From Haliotis rubra (Eukaryota), in contig NW_025767080.1 in the NCBI RefSeq assembly GCF_003918875.1, positions 2,108,001 to 2,172,000 of the forward strand: 64,000 nt of DNA. Direction: 5' to 3'. A program made the translations under genes and the position numbers. Below are positions 47,900-60,611 of this stretch, piece by piece (positions within the stretch are counted from its first letter, which is position 1; each line of letters starts with the position of its first letter). The notes under the pieces are model-generated. The model searched no databases. It saw nothing but the letters and a program-made list of their open reading frames with translations, and was not told where the DNA came from.

Positions 47900-50800
47900 T
47901 AATGATACGATCTTTTCAAGGTCTCAATCCGCCTTCCACTACTTGTCCAAAGGGGGAAAATTACATTTGTTGACAAACAGATGGTTGACATAGACGTCCT
48001 CGCCTCGGTCTTACAACAATTCGCCATTTTGTCTATATATTCAGATACTGTCTCTGAGTCATTTCTAACAGTGCACACGCAATTTGGCTTGTATGTGCGC
48101 GTGCATCACGTGCTGGTCATGCACGTGATGTGGAATTTCAGTGTGGCTTTAGATTCAAGGCCACGGTATTGTAAATATACCCCTTAACCACATCAAATCA
48201 TTAGTTCCCTGTTCATTATCGGTAGTACGTCAAGTTTATTGCAGGTGAAGAGTATATCACCCTCAGTCTTGATGCGGTCATTACACTTAGAAAAACACCC
48301 ATTGCTGAAATCGCCACATTATAAACCTTCAAATTGTTCATATTTAATAATATCTACGCGATATTTCTTCTATATTACCTATAACCACGCGACTGTCGCC
48401 AGTCACTCAGGTAATACCAGCCAGTATTTGGTGGAAGGATATCGGATGTGTATTTATTAGTTTCACTCGTTTACGTGCTGTTAATACGACGCAATCTGGC
48501 GGCAGTCGTTACCGTTACATGATTGGTGCTCGATACACATTTCATACGTTTTTTTCTGTGTATGATAGAATATGCCTTTTTCAAATATATGACGTCACTT
48601 TCCAGCAACTACATGAGGCGGATTGGTGATGCGATTTTCAGTATCATTACTCCATTTTCCGAATTATTGTCGTAATATGTAACGTCAACGCCAGAATTGA
48701 GTGTTACTCAGTGTTATCAAGTGTTATTCAGTGTTATCGATAGATGCTTCTGAAATTACAAATCAAAAACGGAATTTGACGAAAAAAACCGAGTTGACCG
48801 GAAGGTACTGATTGCATCAACTACGCTAAACTACAGTTTATAACGAATCAAGAGACTCATTTGTAACACACTATTAATATCACGATTTCATTCTTGAGAC
48901 CATCTGCTTTGTGTCAAACAAGGGAACTTGTTGTTTTCGGGTTAATTCTAGAATACCTTCACAAACTGACATTTCAGACACGGGAGACACTTTTTATTGA
49001 TTTAGTTATTCCACAAGGGAGATCAAATCAGGGTAATCATATTTTCATCTAAATATATCGAGTTTGTGTATTCCATCGACGTTCTCTGAGCATAAATACA
49101 TGTAATGTACAATGACAATAGGATATATTGGTCTATAATTTAGTGGACAGTGTTAATGTTTTATGTTTCTCTGCATGTGAAATTGTTTATAGGTAAATGT
49201 TTGATTTTACACAATTATGCATTCAGTTACCGTATTAAAATATTTTTTAAACAAATCAATATACGTACATTGTTATTAAATTGTGACTGTAAATATGTGC
49301 ACGGAACTGAAAATATCCGTCCAGATCAATGTTGATCAAGCATTACCTAAAATACGAATCAAATATGAAAATAATGTAGCCACTCTTGTGTAAATATAAA
49401 AAAACCCAACAAACTATTGTCTCGATTTATTGCATATATGTCTTATTATTTTCCATATATTGCATAATAATGGACCTATTTAAGTAATAACCTTAAATCT
49501 TGACATTCGTTGTGGGCCAATTGGAACCGTTGTTCTACCTTGTAGAATGGATGAAACAAATGGATGAAACAGGATATAGGCTCTATGTGTTCAAATCAAC
49601 GTAAATAACGATGTGGCCGAGGAAAGGTGACTCGTTTCTAGTCTGATTCTTTTCCCAATATAAATATGTTAATTTCCCGAAAGGAGCAGTCCCGAACAAA
49701 AAGGAGGTCAGGAATTCAGGGTCTTTGTGTTTAGTTAACTGCAATGTGCAATGAATGACAAATTTCACGATTGTTTCGTGGTAGCATTATGCATGGTGTA
49801 CAGCATTACAGACAACACGCCAGTCTGTTGTAAGGTATTATAACACATTCACCTGTTTGCAATAACTATGGTTTCATCTTCCTTGAATGATCTACATGAT
49901 GTTTTTGAATGAATATTGAGTGTTTACTACTAAACAGATGAAAGTATAAATGCCATAGATATTTTGCCAACGTATAACTGTAAATTGGATTTATTTTGAA
50001 TGTGTCAATATTTTCATGCATAAGGTACACACACATGGCTATTTGCGTCAATACATATGTTTGCAGTGTTACATGTTCTTTGGGGGATTTCTTTGAATGG
50101 TGTTTGCCATGTTTACGAATTGCTTAAATATTTTTTGTTGTGATATTAAAAAAATCACAAAAACGTCACACAAAACAAACAAACTTGGATTAATTCGAAC
50201 TTATAACAGTACACAGCATGTTTTCAATCGTTAGTGTTATCATGCATAAGGTTAACTACTAGAGCTTTTTTCATTGTTCATTGTCCTATTTTTTATGTAT
50301 TAAAATACGAGATTCCAATGCTAATACTAGAGCCAGTTTGTTGAGAGTAGGGTAAAACACCACATGTGGTTGTGCCAGCTATATTAGTATGTTGTTATTT
50401 TCATAATCCATTTGACCAGGCCAGTGAGGGAATTATCACATGAACGGAAATATACTAGATTTATCTTCTCCGTTCAGTTTCAGTTGTACGTCTCCAGACA
50501 TCAATATTTGTGTGACATTAAGATGTTGATGACAATGACTGTAGTTGAAGTAAATATCAATTTGTTTACTACTAGATCAAAGGCAATCATATACCCCTTC
50601 ATTACCTGTCGCCCAAAGTCATTCTTAGTCACTTCATGCATATTCATTACAATACCGGATGTTACGTCAGTATAGACTTCCGGTACAGAAACCAGTTTGG
50701 TCGAGTGACTATTCCATGTGTTACAGAACAAACACTGTTCAGGGAACATAAGGCTCATGGTGTTTTGCTCGATGGAAACAAACCTGTAATGACGCAGGGT

Positions 50801-51087
50801 TAGTAAAAGAACTGCATGCAGGTGGACTTATTGAAGTACCGATATAGCGGACATGGAAAGGAATCTTATCAGTCCCCTTGTATGATGTATGTACACTGAT
50901 GTAGATGACAACCATACCTGTGATGCCAGTATTACTGAAGTGTTCGTTTATTCTTTATATATTTACTGTTGTTAATATCGCATGCCGTGTTGAAAAGATT
51001 TATCTACACCATCTGTCAGCATTTTTGAATAAACTATATCTGATAATTATGTGTTCTTCTGCTAAATGATCATTACTCAGGGCACTA

Positions 51088-51337
51088 GTGAGTGAGTGGG
51101 TTTAGTTTTACGCCGCACTCAGCAATATTCCAGCTATATGGCGGCGTTCTGTAACTTTAATAATCGAATTCGAACCAGACAACCCAGTGATCAACAACAT
51201 GAGCATCGATCTACGCATTTGGGAACCGATGACATGTGTCAACCAAGTCAGCGAGCCTGACCACCCGATCCCGTTAGTCGCCTCGTACGACAAGCATGGG
51301 TTACTGAAGATCAATTCTAACCCGGATCTTCACGGGT
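51088..51337 (-). mobile_element. V-SINE-like element (family C, RUDI-like)
   Basis: Minus strand ACCCGTGAAGATCCGGGTTAGAA...CCCATGCTTGTCGT...GGTCAGGCTCGCTGACTTGGTTGAC...(CTCA)n tail; TSD TCAGGGCA(C/A)TA at 51077-51087 and 51338-51348. Confidence 0.9.
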
Positions 51338-51789
51338 TCAGGGCAATACAATCTCCTTTTACATTATGAGGAAAACGGCGATTGTTAGTAATACCAACCA
51401 GCGCCAGTTAACTACTGCTTTTCCCTGTCAAGTGTCCAACACTGTTATCTTATCACTGTAATGTCCACTTATGTGCATATAGAAGTACGTATTCATTCAC
51501 CTGGTGAAGGAGCAGGAATATATTTGGAAACTTCGTGTTTCTTTACCTTAATTGCAAGTCTTTGCTGTTGTATTACCCAAGCCCAATTAGCGTTGCCATT
51601 CTGATATTGGCAGTAACATGTTAGTCTGACGTTGACAGATTGCTGATCTCAGATGGAGGTCGTGAGACTGACGTTACAAAACTGAGGTTAGACTGATGGA
51701 TGCTGAGAAAACGCTTTCATATAGCTGTAACATTGCTGAGGGCGGCGTTATACAATAACTAAAACTATGTTTAATCCTTGTGTATAGTT

Positions 51790-52197
51790 TCATGAACAGT
51801 ATATTAAAAATGAGAAGAAAGGTCAATTTCTTGAAGAGTATATTAAAGGTGAGAAGAAAGGTCAATTTCTTGAAGAGTATATTAAAGGTGAGAAGTAAGG
51901 TCAATTTCTTGAAGAGTATATTAAAGGTGAGAAGTAAGGTCAATTTCTTGAAGAGTATATTAAAGGTGAGAAGTAAGGTCAATTTCTTGAAGAGTATATT
52001 AAAGGTGAGAAGTAAGGTCAATTTCTTGAAGAGTATATTAAAGGTGAGAAGTAAGGTCAATTTCTTGAAGAAGTAAGGTCAATTTCTTGAAGAGTATATT
52101 AAAGGTGAGAAGTAAGGTCAATTTCTTGAAGAGTATATTAAAGGTGAGAAGTAAGGTCAATTTCTTGAAGAGTATATTAAAGGTGAAAAGAAGGTCA
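51790..52197. repeat. 39-bp minisatellite, ~10 copies with one internally deleted unit
   Basis: Unit AGGTCAATTTCTTGAAGAGTATATTAAAGGTGAGAAGTA; the unit near 52055-52075 is shortened between two GAAG microhomologies. Confidence 0.96.
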
Positions 52198-52853
52198 GTT
52201 CAGTTATGATTCAATGAATAATTTTAATTCAGCGAGTCTTTGCCTGTCATTTAGGGGTTCACTCCCATTGACTTAATTATAAGACAGTAGCAGTTATTTC
52301 AGAAAATCGCTCAATTACAAATGGAAATGAAGTCAGTGGTGAATTCCTTTCACTTATGTAAGAGCCGACCAGTCTGATATTTCCGGCGCTGTGTTGCTAA
52401 AGGAACATAGCCACTAACTTTAAACAGAGTAGTTTTTTATCAAAGAGGCAAACCTTCTCACAAGAATTAGAAACGCATCTATCATCACGTTCGTTGCAGC
52501 TTTAACGATCCAGCAAAGTGACATTTATGAGCATCAGAACCAGTAAACAGAACTGGCACGGCACTGACTGACACCTATGTTGCGCTTCCGCATTCGGAGA
52601 AAAATCTATCATAAAGGAAGTTAATACGCATGCGTGAGGATATTCATAAGGCAAACTATCACGTTCACAGGATCCTGTTGTGCAAATGTGTGTGAAGGAA
52701 GCTGTATATGCCAGGTTGTTTCAAGTATGCGAGAAAATTATCAAAGCGGTAGATTTAACAGTTTCGTGTAATCATATTGGGGGAATGTCAAGGTATCTCC
52801 TTCGTGCCATTACATATGAGAATCCCAAATCATGTGTGTTTTTAAACGGATCT

Positions 52854-53012
52854 ATACTATACAATTACATGTATAGACTGGTGATTAGGTCAATACCTGT
52901 CTTTATGGACCCGCGAAAAGCAATATTGACCGAGGACGAAGTCAATATTGCTTTTCGCGGGTCCATTAAAACAGGTATTGACCGAATTCGCCAGTCTATA
53001 ATTGTATAGTAT
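52854..53012. repeat. Long hairpin/palindrome, copy 1
   Basis: ~70-bp inverted arms around a 10-nt spacer CGAGGACGAA. Confidence 0.92.
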
Positions 53013-53171
53013 GTAATGTATGTACCAAAAAGACACATGATATCTTATAAGTAATATGTATTTTTCCATAGACCTTCCTTAGTTTCACATAATGGTGGAT
53101 TGTTATTCAAGGAGCTTAATGATAAGTATTTATGTGGTACATTTTACATACTGGTGAGAGGAAGGGATTTC

Positions 53172-53605
53172 TATACAATTATAGACTGGTGATGAGGTCA
53201 ATACCTGTTTTTATGGACCCGCGAAAAGCAATATTGACCGAGGACGAAGTCAATATTGCTTTTCGCGGATCCATAAAAACAGGTATTGACCGAATTCGCC
53301 ACTCTATAATTGTTTTATTATGTAATTACCGAAAAAAAGCTTCTTAAATCCAAAACATGTCCATTTAGTCAAAAAAAAAGTAATTTTATTTTCACTGCAA
53401 ACCAATAACGTTGTGTCAACAATGCTGTGACATGTAAACAACATAATGACGTCATAGCTTGACGTGAATGACGTCATAGCTTGACATCATAGTAACTCAG
53501 GTCAATATGACTTTTGGTTGGAGTCAATATGCTTTCTGTCGATGGTCACGTGACCACCGCCTCTCGACCAATTAGGTAGTCGGAAAAATATGCTTGCATA
53601 ATAAA
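53172..53605 (+). mobile_element. Hairpin-headed non-autonomous element (copy 2 of the palindrome plus 3' body); possibly Crypton-like
   Basis: Same palindrome at 53172-53313, then a body ending GACCAATTAG...GCATAATAA; a similar end (GACCAATCAGA...GCATAATA) occurs near 18828-18878. Superfamily call is tentative. Confidence 0.6.
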
Positions 53606-54151
53606 CATATTTATTCCTGACCCCATACTTTTGAGTTTACAAAATACCTAGAAACGTTCAGCAGTCTCTACAGAACACAACTGTACAGTAGGACATTAAG
53701 TTAATGGTGTTGAACTACCATCTCTGGTCATGTGCCTCATCTAGTGAATCGTTATAGGTTCATGTGATTTAAATCAATCTGAAATCTGATGTCAACGTTA
53801 ATATTGTCTCACAAACTGTTGAGTGGCTGTGTACTCACGATTATAATTGAGGAAATTCCTTTCATCTTTATTTCAGCAAACATCAAACATTGCTCGTTTT
53901 GAAATTTTCCGCTTGAAGGTTTAATGTCTCCGGATAATTACCGTGAGGTCTCTGATATGGCCTTACGCTGTTGGTGTGCGACTTGTAAAATCGGACGGTG
54001 TACTGTAATTTGACTTTTCCCCTAAAATTCTATTTGTGGAGACCAAAACACATCTACACTTTCTCTCTAGTATTAATATTTACATCGTTCTTTTTACATA
54101 AAAGATGTATAGTTTTTTCAGGTACACAATGCCATTTTAGAAAGTGGTCAA

Positions 54152-54248
54152 ATGTCTAGACCGCGGACTTTGTGTACCCCTTTCAGCTGTGGGAACCGTG
54201 CCAATTAACACTTATGAGAGGGGTACACAAAATCCGCTGTCTAGACTA
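54152..54248. mobile_element. Mini inverted-repeat element (~97 bp)
   Basis: GTCTAGACCGCGGACTTTGTGTACCCCT / AGGGGTACACAAAATCCGCTGTCTAGAC, 28-bp arms with 2 mismatches. Confidence 0.8.
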
Positions 54249-54277
54249 CTAGTTGTCCGACTTCCATTTTTGTGGAA

Positions 54278-54435
54278 GCCGCGGTGGCTGAGTGGTCTAG
54301 GCGTCTGACTTTGTGTGTTGGCGATTAGGTGCCTGACTCTGAGAGTGTGGGTTCGAATCCCGGATGGGACTCAACCCAAAAAGTACTAGAATCTGTACTT
54401 TACTAAGAACGTGTAATCCCAAATATAACATATGT
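54278..54435 (+). mobile_element. tRNA(Leu/Ser-like)-derived SINE, family D
   Basis: A box TGGCTGAGTGG, long variable region, B box GGTTCGAATCC, non-tRNA 3' body; related copies at 40104 and 26380. Confidence 0.82.
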
Positions 54436-54728
54436 TAGGTTTTTCAGGGCCCATCATTGACGAGATTGCGCCAAAACACGTCCACGAATTGGAGATCTAT
54501 TGACTGACAATTTGATGTTTGCATTAAGATGGTTTGAGAAGTGTCTTCATGCGAGAATCCGTTTTATTGGAATATGATAGGATTTCTCTGGACCAAATCG
54601 TTTGTGATCGCGACCCTGTGTGACGTAGGGGCCACATGAGATGCTCATCAAATTAACCGGGAGTAACATGGTTAGACAAATGCCATGATAAATTAATACC
54701 TCCAACGCGAGGGAGTAATTAGTTTCGA

Positions 54729-55517
54729 ATACCTGTCGAAACAGATTCCATGGGGGGTTAAAGGCAAAATGGTGACGGAAATATTGTTAATGGATCACTA
54801 CACATCAATGATGACTCCAGGATGAGTAATTAGACAACAGCAACATTTCAAGGACACAGCATGGGCAATTCTCTTCCCACAGAGGTTACTCCTGTCATAT
54901 CTTCCTACGTAACCTCTGTTCTAATACGGCCCTTTCATGGTGTGAGCGTTCAAGACTCGTGATTGGAGGCAATCAGATTTAGTTGTGCAATCAGCGACGT
55001 TGTTTCAAAAGTGATCATTCGCAAGGCCTCGGTAATTTCCGTATACTTCGAGAAAACTAAACCTCTTCCCCTGCGCGATGCGCAACGTTTCTGCTAGACA
55101 GAACTCAGTCATGTTATGGCGGATCAGTGGCGTCTCCATCGCCCTCGTTGACAACGGACAAGCTAGCCATTAAACATCTTGTGTGTAACTTCAACACAAG
55201 TCCCCGGCAGATGGGGGATATTTGTGGCCTCACATTTGCTTGTGTTAGTCAAGTTGAATCTAAGTCGATGTAACACGTGTTCTGATTGGATAGAAAGAAG
55301 GGAGATAATTCGTGTTGCGATCTTTTGCCGCTAGGGGATTTTACGAGAACCGGGAAATATGGCCGTATTAGAACAGAGGTTCGTAGGAAGATATCACAAG
55401 TAACCTCTGTGGGAAGAGAATGAGCATGGGCTAGCATCACACATATTGCTGACAAGCTGTGTGTCGATTTAAGTAATTACCCCGAACTATCATTAATTGT
55501 CTTAGTTTCGACAGATA
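54729..55517. mobile_element. Non-autonomous DNA transposon with long inverted repeats
   Basis: 54868-54932 (ATTCTCTTCCCACAGAGGTTACT...CTCTGTTCTAATACGGCC) is inverted at 55361-55420; outer ends TACCTGTCGAAAC / GTTTCGACAGATA. Confidence 0.7.
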
Positions 55518-55566
55518 TATTTTCAATCAAGAAATGCAGCAACCCACACATATATCTGAATATTTA

Positions 55567-55738
55567 GGGGCGGTGGGGTAGCTTAATGGTTTAAGCGTTG
55601 GCTCGTCACGCCGAAGACCCGGGCTCGAATCCCCACATGGTTACAATGTGAGAAGCCCATTTCTGGTGTCCCCCGCCGTGATGTTGCTGGAATATTGCTA
55701 TAAAAGCGGCGTAAAACCAAACTCAGTCAGTCAGTCAG
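55567..55738 (+). mobile_element. Full-length family-B SINE
   Basis: Homologous to 43814; (TCAG)n tail; TSD TATCTGAATATTT at 55553-55565 and 55739-55751. Confidence 0.93.
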
Positions 55739-56439
55739 TATCTGAATATTTCTCGGTAGGGCTACTTTAAGTCTTAACAAATTAATCACACGCATTAACA
55801 TCTGCAATAATATGAAATTACCTTTGTTGGATACAAAAGCCCCTCTCTCTGATATGAGAATTTTAAGGGTGCAGATGGGTGCAGAAATCAATGTTTCTCA
55901 AACCTGAACACACATCTTTCTGTGACCAGCTGACCGGAGTAGGAGGGCACGCTATTGTCAACAATATTCCAGTCGTGTTTGCAGCTGTACATAATCCTGT
56001 GGTTGACACCACGAGCACTGGCTCTGACCGTCTGGGCACTATGACACGCCATCTGGCAGATCAGTCAATGTAAACCCCGCTCCTCCGTAAACCAGTCGGC
56101 TGTCAGGACAGGCAGAACCTACTGAAGATACATATCTGATGAGATCTGCATCTTGGACTCGTGTTCATGTACACGGTTATATCTACATTGTTTATACTCT
56201 ATGAATTCGAATGATGTAACACATTAGCACCTCAAAACAGTGGAAAACATTGGCACTCGAACAACTTCCCTGATATTGTACTCATTTTCATCGGCATTAT
56301 CATCCAAGTCATATACACGGCCAATGATTAGCACTTCACAAGTAACCACACCTGATTTTCAATTCTAAAATCTGTATACAACCCATTGGCTAAAGCTAGT
56401 GACTGAGAGTCACTTATCGCCTCAGTATGCAATATTTAG

Positions 56440-56760
56440 ATAAAACTGTTATATAACGGCTTCTGTGTGTTGCTCTCCGTGGTTGTGTAGCGTGTTGGTT
56501 TAATTAGCAGCAGCGGCAAATGCATTGTGTGCGTGATGAAGCTAATAGATTGTAAATATGTTGTGTTGGCATTTTGGACAAATAAGTAGTAAATATGTTT
56601 CGTGTGGGATAAATAAGTGGTAAATGCATTCTTAGGGTATTGGTCTGTCAACTGATACGTGTCGTGTTTCCAATATAGAACCAATGGTAAATGCCTTCTG
56701 TGTGTGTTCAGATAATAGATGGAAAATATTTTGTGTTTGCGTAAGTAACAAGTCATTGTT
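56440..56760. repeat. Old degenerate ~38-bp tandem repeat
   Basis: Recurring ...ATAAGTGGTAAATGC/AT...TGTGTGTT motifs. Confidence 0.55.
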
Positions 56761-56816
56761 GTACTCACACTTTGAAGGAAAGAATAAGAGAGACATGACT
56801 GCGTTTGCCAAACGCT

Positions 56817-56822
56817 TTTATT
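56817..56822 (-). terminator. Candidate distal polyadenylation signal of PCSK2 (implies ~2.2-kb 3' UTR)
   Basis: AATAAA on the minus strand at the end of a TE-free, UTR-like stretch; a proximal AATAAA also occurs at 58861-58866. Confidence 0.5.
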
Positions 56823-58993
56823 TCACTCAACAGTTTTTACATCACAGAAAGTTACAAATATACAGCTAGTGACAACTGATGTTATAAGCGAGACATTGAT
56901 CTTGGTCGTCTAGTGAGTGTGGTCAGGCGGGGCACGAAGAGGTGGATCTGTCGTCACTATCAGCATTGTTTGAAAAATAACTCTTAAACAGGATAATCAA
57001 ATAATTTTTGATTTAGGATCAACCAGAAAACGGTACATCTAGGATGTTTTCAGATTCAGACGATGGTGACAAGATGGACTACCGGAACAGCCGGGCGAGC
57101 TCACCGATACAGCAGAGTTGAACATGGGGACATACTGTTGTGCACTGGACAACTTTGTCATAACAAGTCGAGCACAACCAGCTGTACCAGGGGACTAGGA
57201 GTAGTCTTGAGCACAACCATACAATACCAACAACTTAGCAACTATATGCTAAATAACAGTTCCTGTGATGGTGACTGTAGAAGCGGTAGATTTGTTCACC
57301 TAAGTCAAACGAGCGTTAAGGGTATGAAATTGGTTCCTGTGAAACATACCAGGAAAATAGTGCGCTGGGTTCGCAAATATTTAGCACAGTAGAATTGGTC
57401 TTTGGGCACAGAAGAGTCTACGAATACAGGAACATGGGTAATGCAAGCAGAAAAAGACGCACTGTGGGCGCACCTATCAGCAGTCGGGAGGTGCGGGTGT
57501 GACAGGGTGGCTTAGTGTGGGTAGGGCAAACAGGGGTGGGACTGAGCATTACGGGCTGAACTAATGCACATATGCAACTTGAAATTCAAGTGCTTGAGTC
57601 ACGACCACATTGTTCCATAGAAAACATAGATATATATATACCTATTGCAAATATATACGTCGATGGCAAATAGATTATGATCAATGCTGTAAAATTTCAC
57701 AGAATAATTGCCTAAAATAGTAAAATATGTATCTAGGCAGTGTTTCGAAATGATTAATGTATTTTCGGAGAATATCACGATTTGCTAGCAAGTTCAAGTA
57801 GTTGACAATAACACACCGCGACATACAATGACTATTTATAGAACACAGCCAGGTGAGCTAAATTTGACATGTACAAAGGACGTGGTGGAGAACACACAAC
57901 ATATATAGCTAACCTCGCAGCTTATTGCCTCAACAGTGAATGTGCAATGCGCAACACAGAAACGCCGTCGTAAAACTCCACACTCTGCCAAATGTTTAAA
58001 GTATGCAGTTTTGGTTTTAAAAATAATACTTTGTGTAAATAATTTCGATATGCACACTCTCTCTCTCATTCCTCCCTTTCACTTTTCGTTCGTGCAATTT
58101 CGGTTCTTTACGCCACATTCGGACGTGTTCGTTACCATATTATCACTCGTGATTTTCCGGAATGCAATGAACGGAAAAATACGTGTGGTGGCGAATGGTT
58201 CATTTCGGATTTGTTCGAAAGTTGCGGAAAGAACCGGAGTTGACGACCATGATATAGTACCTCCTTGCGGTATGAATGGCTGCATAATATTGTGTGAAAT
58301 CTGATTCTATAACAGGAAAATAATGTAATAATATGTTATATATTGTTTGTACAGTTTCAGTGCAATAGTCATAAACAAAAAATACAGTATTACACTGAAA
58401 TTATCACATGTGATAAAATTATAACGATAACAATTGCAGAAACCGAGCCAGAGCTTTTATAAGGAATTATTACAACCAGTTTCTAACAAAAATAGTATAT
58501 TTGTATGTTTCTTCTGAAAACTTAAAAATGGAAATGTGAAAAATGTTGATTGATGAATTTCCATCAATATGAGAAATAAGTGAAAAATCTCTTTGAAGAA
58601 TGGCAAAATATATAAATATTTAATTCATATCATCAAAGATTGTCATAATTTTTTTTGGAAATAAGACTGCCATTTTAGATAATTCAATTTCGTTGGCACT
58701 TCCATGTGATCTTAACTTAAAACGGTATCACAAATATCCAAGTTTTAAAAGAAATACCATTTCGACAATTTTGACAATGAATCACCCAAATTAGAAGGAT
58801 TGTTTAAAATACGATGTTTCGTTTAATAACAATTGAACAAATTTTGTAACTCGATAATATTTTATTTCCTTGCTGTCAGAACGCTGAAACGCAATACCTG
58901 CCCTAAGCATCGAGACACTGGCTGTGACGGTAACCGTCAAAGCAAGAGAGCTGTCAGCCATTATGTCCAATGCAACGGGGGGTAACTCTGCGT

Positions 58994-59297
58994 TTACTTC
59001 CGGAAAGCAATGCCACTAGCATGCTGTCTCTTGACCTTGTACAGCTTCTGATGTTTTGCCTTGTTTACAGGCTGGTCCCTGTAGGGCTGTTCCTTAGATC
59101 CATGGAGGACTAGGGTCCATTCCTTGAAGACTCCTTCCTCGTGGTTGGTCTTCAGACCGATGATTGGTTCCAGGATAACGTCCAAGGTCCAGCGGCCATG
59201 GGGCATCTCGGCCCAGGTGTGTGTAGTCATGAAGGGCCATCGGGTGAAGCCGTTCTTGCTGTCGTCGTCGTTGGGTCGCTGGCTCAAGATCATCGAT
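58994..59297 (-). CDS. PCSK2: Prohormone convertase 2, last coding exon (P domain end and C-terminal tail)
   Basis: tccatag| SMILSQRPNDDDSKNGFTRWPFMTTHTWAE...FKEWTLVLHGS...AFRK-TAA; 'DDDSKxGFxxWPFMTTHTW' is PC2-typical. Confidence 0.95.
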
Positions 59298-59615
59298 CTA
59301 TGGACAGAGAAGGATACAACTACTGCCTGAAGTGAATAGGGAATTGTGGGCCACAAGGTTCTCTTCGTTTCCTGTTGCGTTCGAGCATAATCACAACATT
59401 TTCAAGATTATATTTGAGATTGGGTCGGTATTCACAAACAAATCATCTGTTTACGAAAAGGAATTGTCGAAATACATCATTGATTGATGATCGGTGGAAT
59501 GTGAACGTTAATAGTCCAAATAGTACAAATATGTGTTCTACGTTCTTGTTCTATTTGTAAACAACTAAAATAAAGTTGATAATTTGTTATTTCGGTGGCT
59601 ACTGGTCTCACTCAC

Positions 59616-59780
59616 GTGGTATTCATGGGAGAGGTGAGGTAGATGGTGACGGTCCCTCGGAACGTTGCTCGCAGAGTGACGAACGACTGCACATGCTCCA
59701 AGTAGTTGACTTCGCTGTCACTTCCGGCACAACCGTCGGTGTCAATGGTGATACGGATGGGGTTGGTCATATCGAAATAC
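59616..59780 (-). CDS. PCSK2: Prohormone convertase 2 exon (P domain)
   Basis: tttcag| YFDMTNPIRITIDTDGCAGSDSEVNYLEHVQSFVTLRATFRGTVTIYLTSPMNT |gtgagt, 165 nt. Confidence 0.95.
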
Positions 59781-60377
59781 CTGAAAATGACAAACATTGT
59801 AACTTTTTGGAGGGTATCAAATATCGGTGATTTAGTTCAATGAAACCATCAGTTGTGCCTGTGTGTTGGTGGAAGGTATAAATGTTGACTTATTGTGTAA
59901 ATACTGTTGATACACGGTTCTTGACCAAGAAGTCTAACCTCAATACAAATAAAATGTATCTACATGCTCTCCAACCGAGTGACTTCGTCTTAGCGTCGTT
60001 TTAAATGGTATTCCAGTTATATCACGACGAGTCATCTTGGTGTTGTTTTCAAACGTAGTAGTCACACAGGTAGTAAGTATATTATAATAAAATACCTAAA
60101 GTGCAAATAGACCAAGCAGATGATATGAACGTGTCTGTGATTGTTTGAAGCGATAGGCTCTTGAAGAGGAAATGTGAAAAACAGATACTCGAGAATACTC
60201 GCGATATATTTTGGGACCAAAACAGATTGCATGATGAACTTCCATCTACGACTATAGTGAGGTCAAGGTTATATGACAAGGAATAAAGGGAGGTCAATCC
60301 TTTACGACACATGCTAGACGATGTATTATCTCCCCCTTGCCTGGTCACTACGTGGTTCATGCCTCACATATATTTAC

Positions 60378-60611
60378 CTCTCAGTGCTGTCGGATCCGGC
60401 GGTACAGTGGAAACGTTCGGGAAGTCCCTTCCAAGTGCGGGCCAGATCCACCATGGCGGCAGCGTCAAGCACGCCGTAGCCGAAGAGGTGGTTGAACTCC
60501 AGGCCGGCGCCGTTGTACTTCCATTCGTGGACTCCGTTGGAGTCGTAGAGTGAGTTCCTCTTGGAGGTGAGAACAGTCAGGTGCTGAATGTCACGCCACG
60601 TCAGATTCCGG
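60378..60611 (-). CDS. PCSK2: Prohormone convertase 2 exon (end of catalytic domain)
   Basis: gtacag| RNLTWRDIQHLTVLTSKRNSLYD...NGAGLEFNHLFGYGVLDA...PERFHC |gtaaat, 234 nt; LTVLTSKRN and LEFNHLFG are PC2 signatures. Confidence 0.96.

Noticed and set aside
51674-52076. Repetitive ORFs (LTLLLTFNILFKK / VRSKVNFLKSILK)
   Set aside because: Translation of a 39-bp minisatellite; the frame is broken by a deleted unit
54278-54375. Possible tRNA-Leu/Ser gene
   Set aside because: Acceptor stem does not pair and the sequence continues into a 3' body shared with two other dispersed copies, so it is a SINE head
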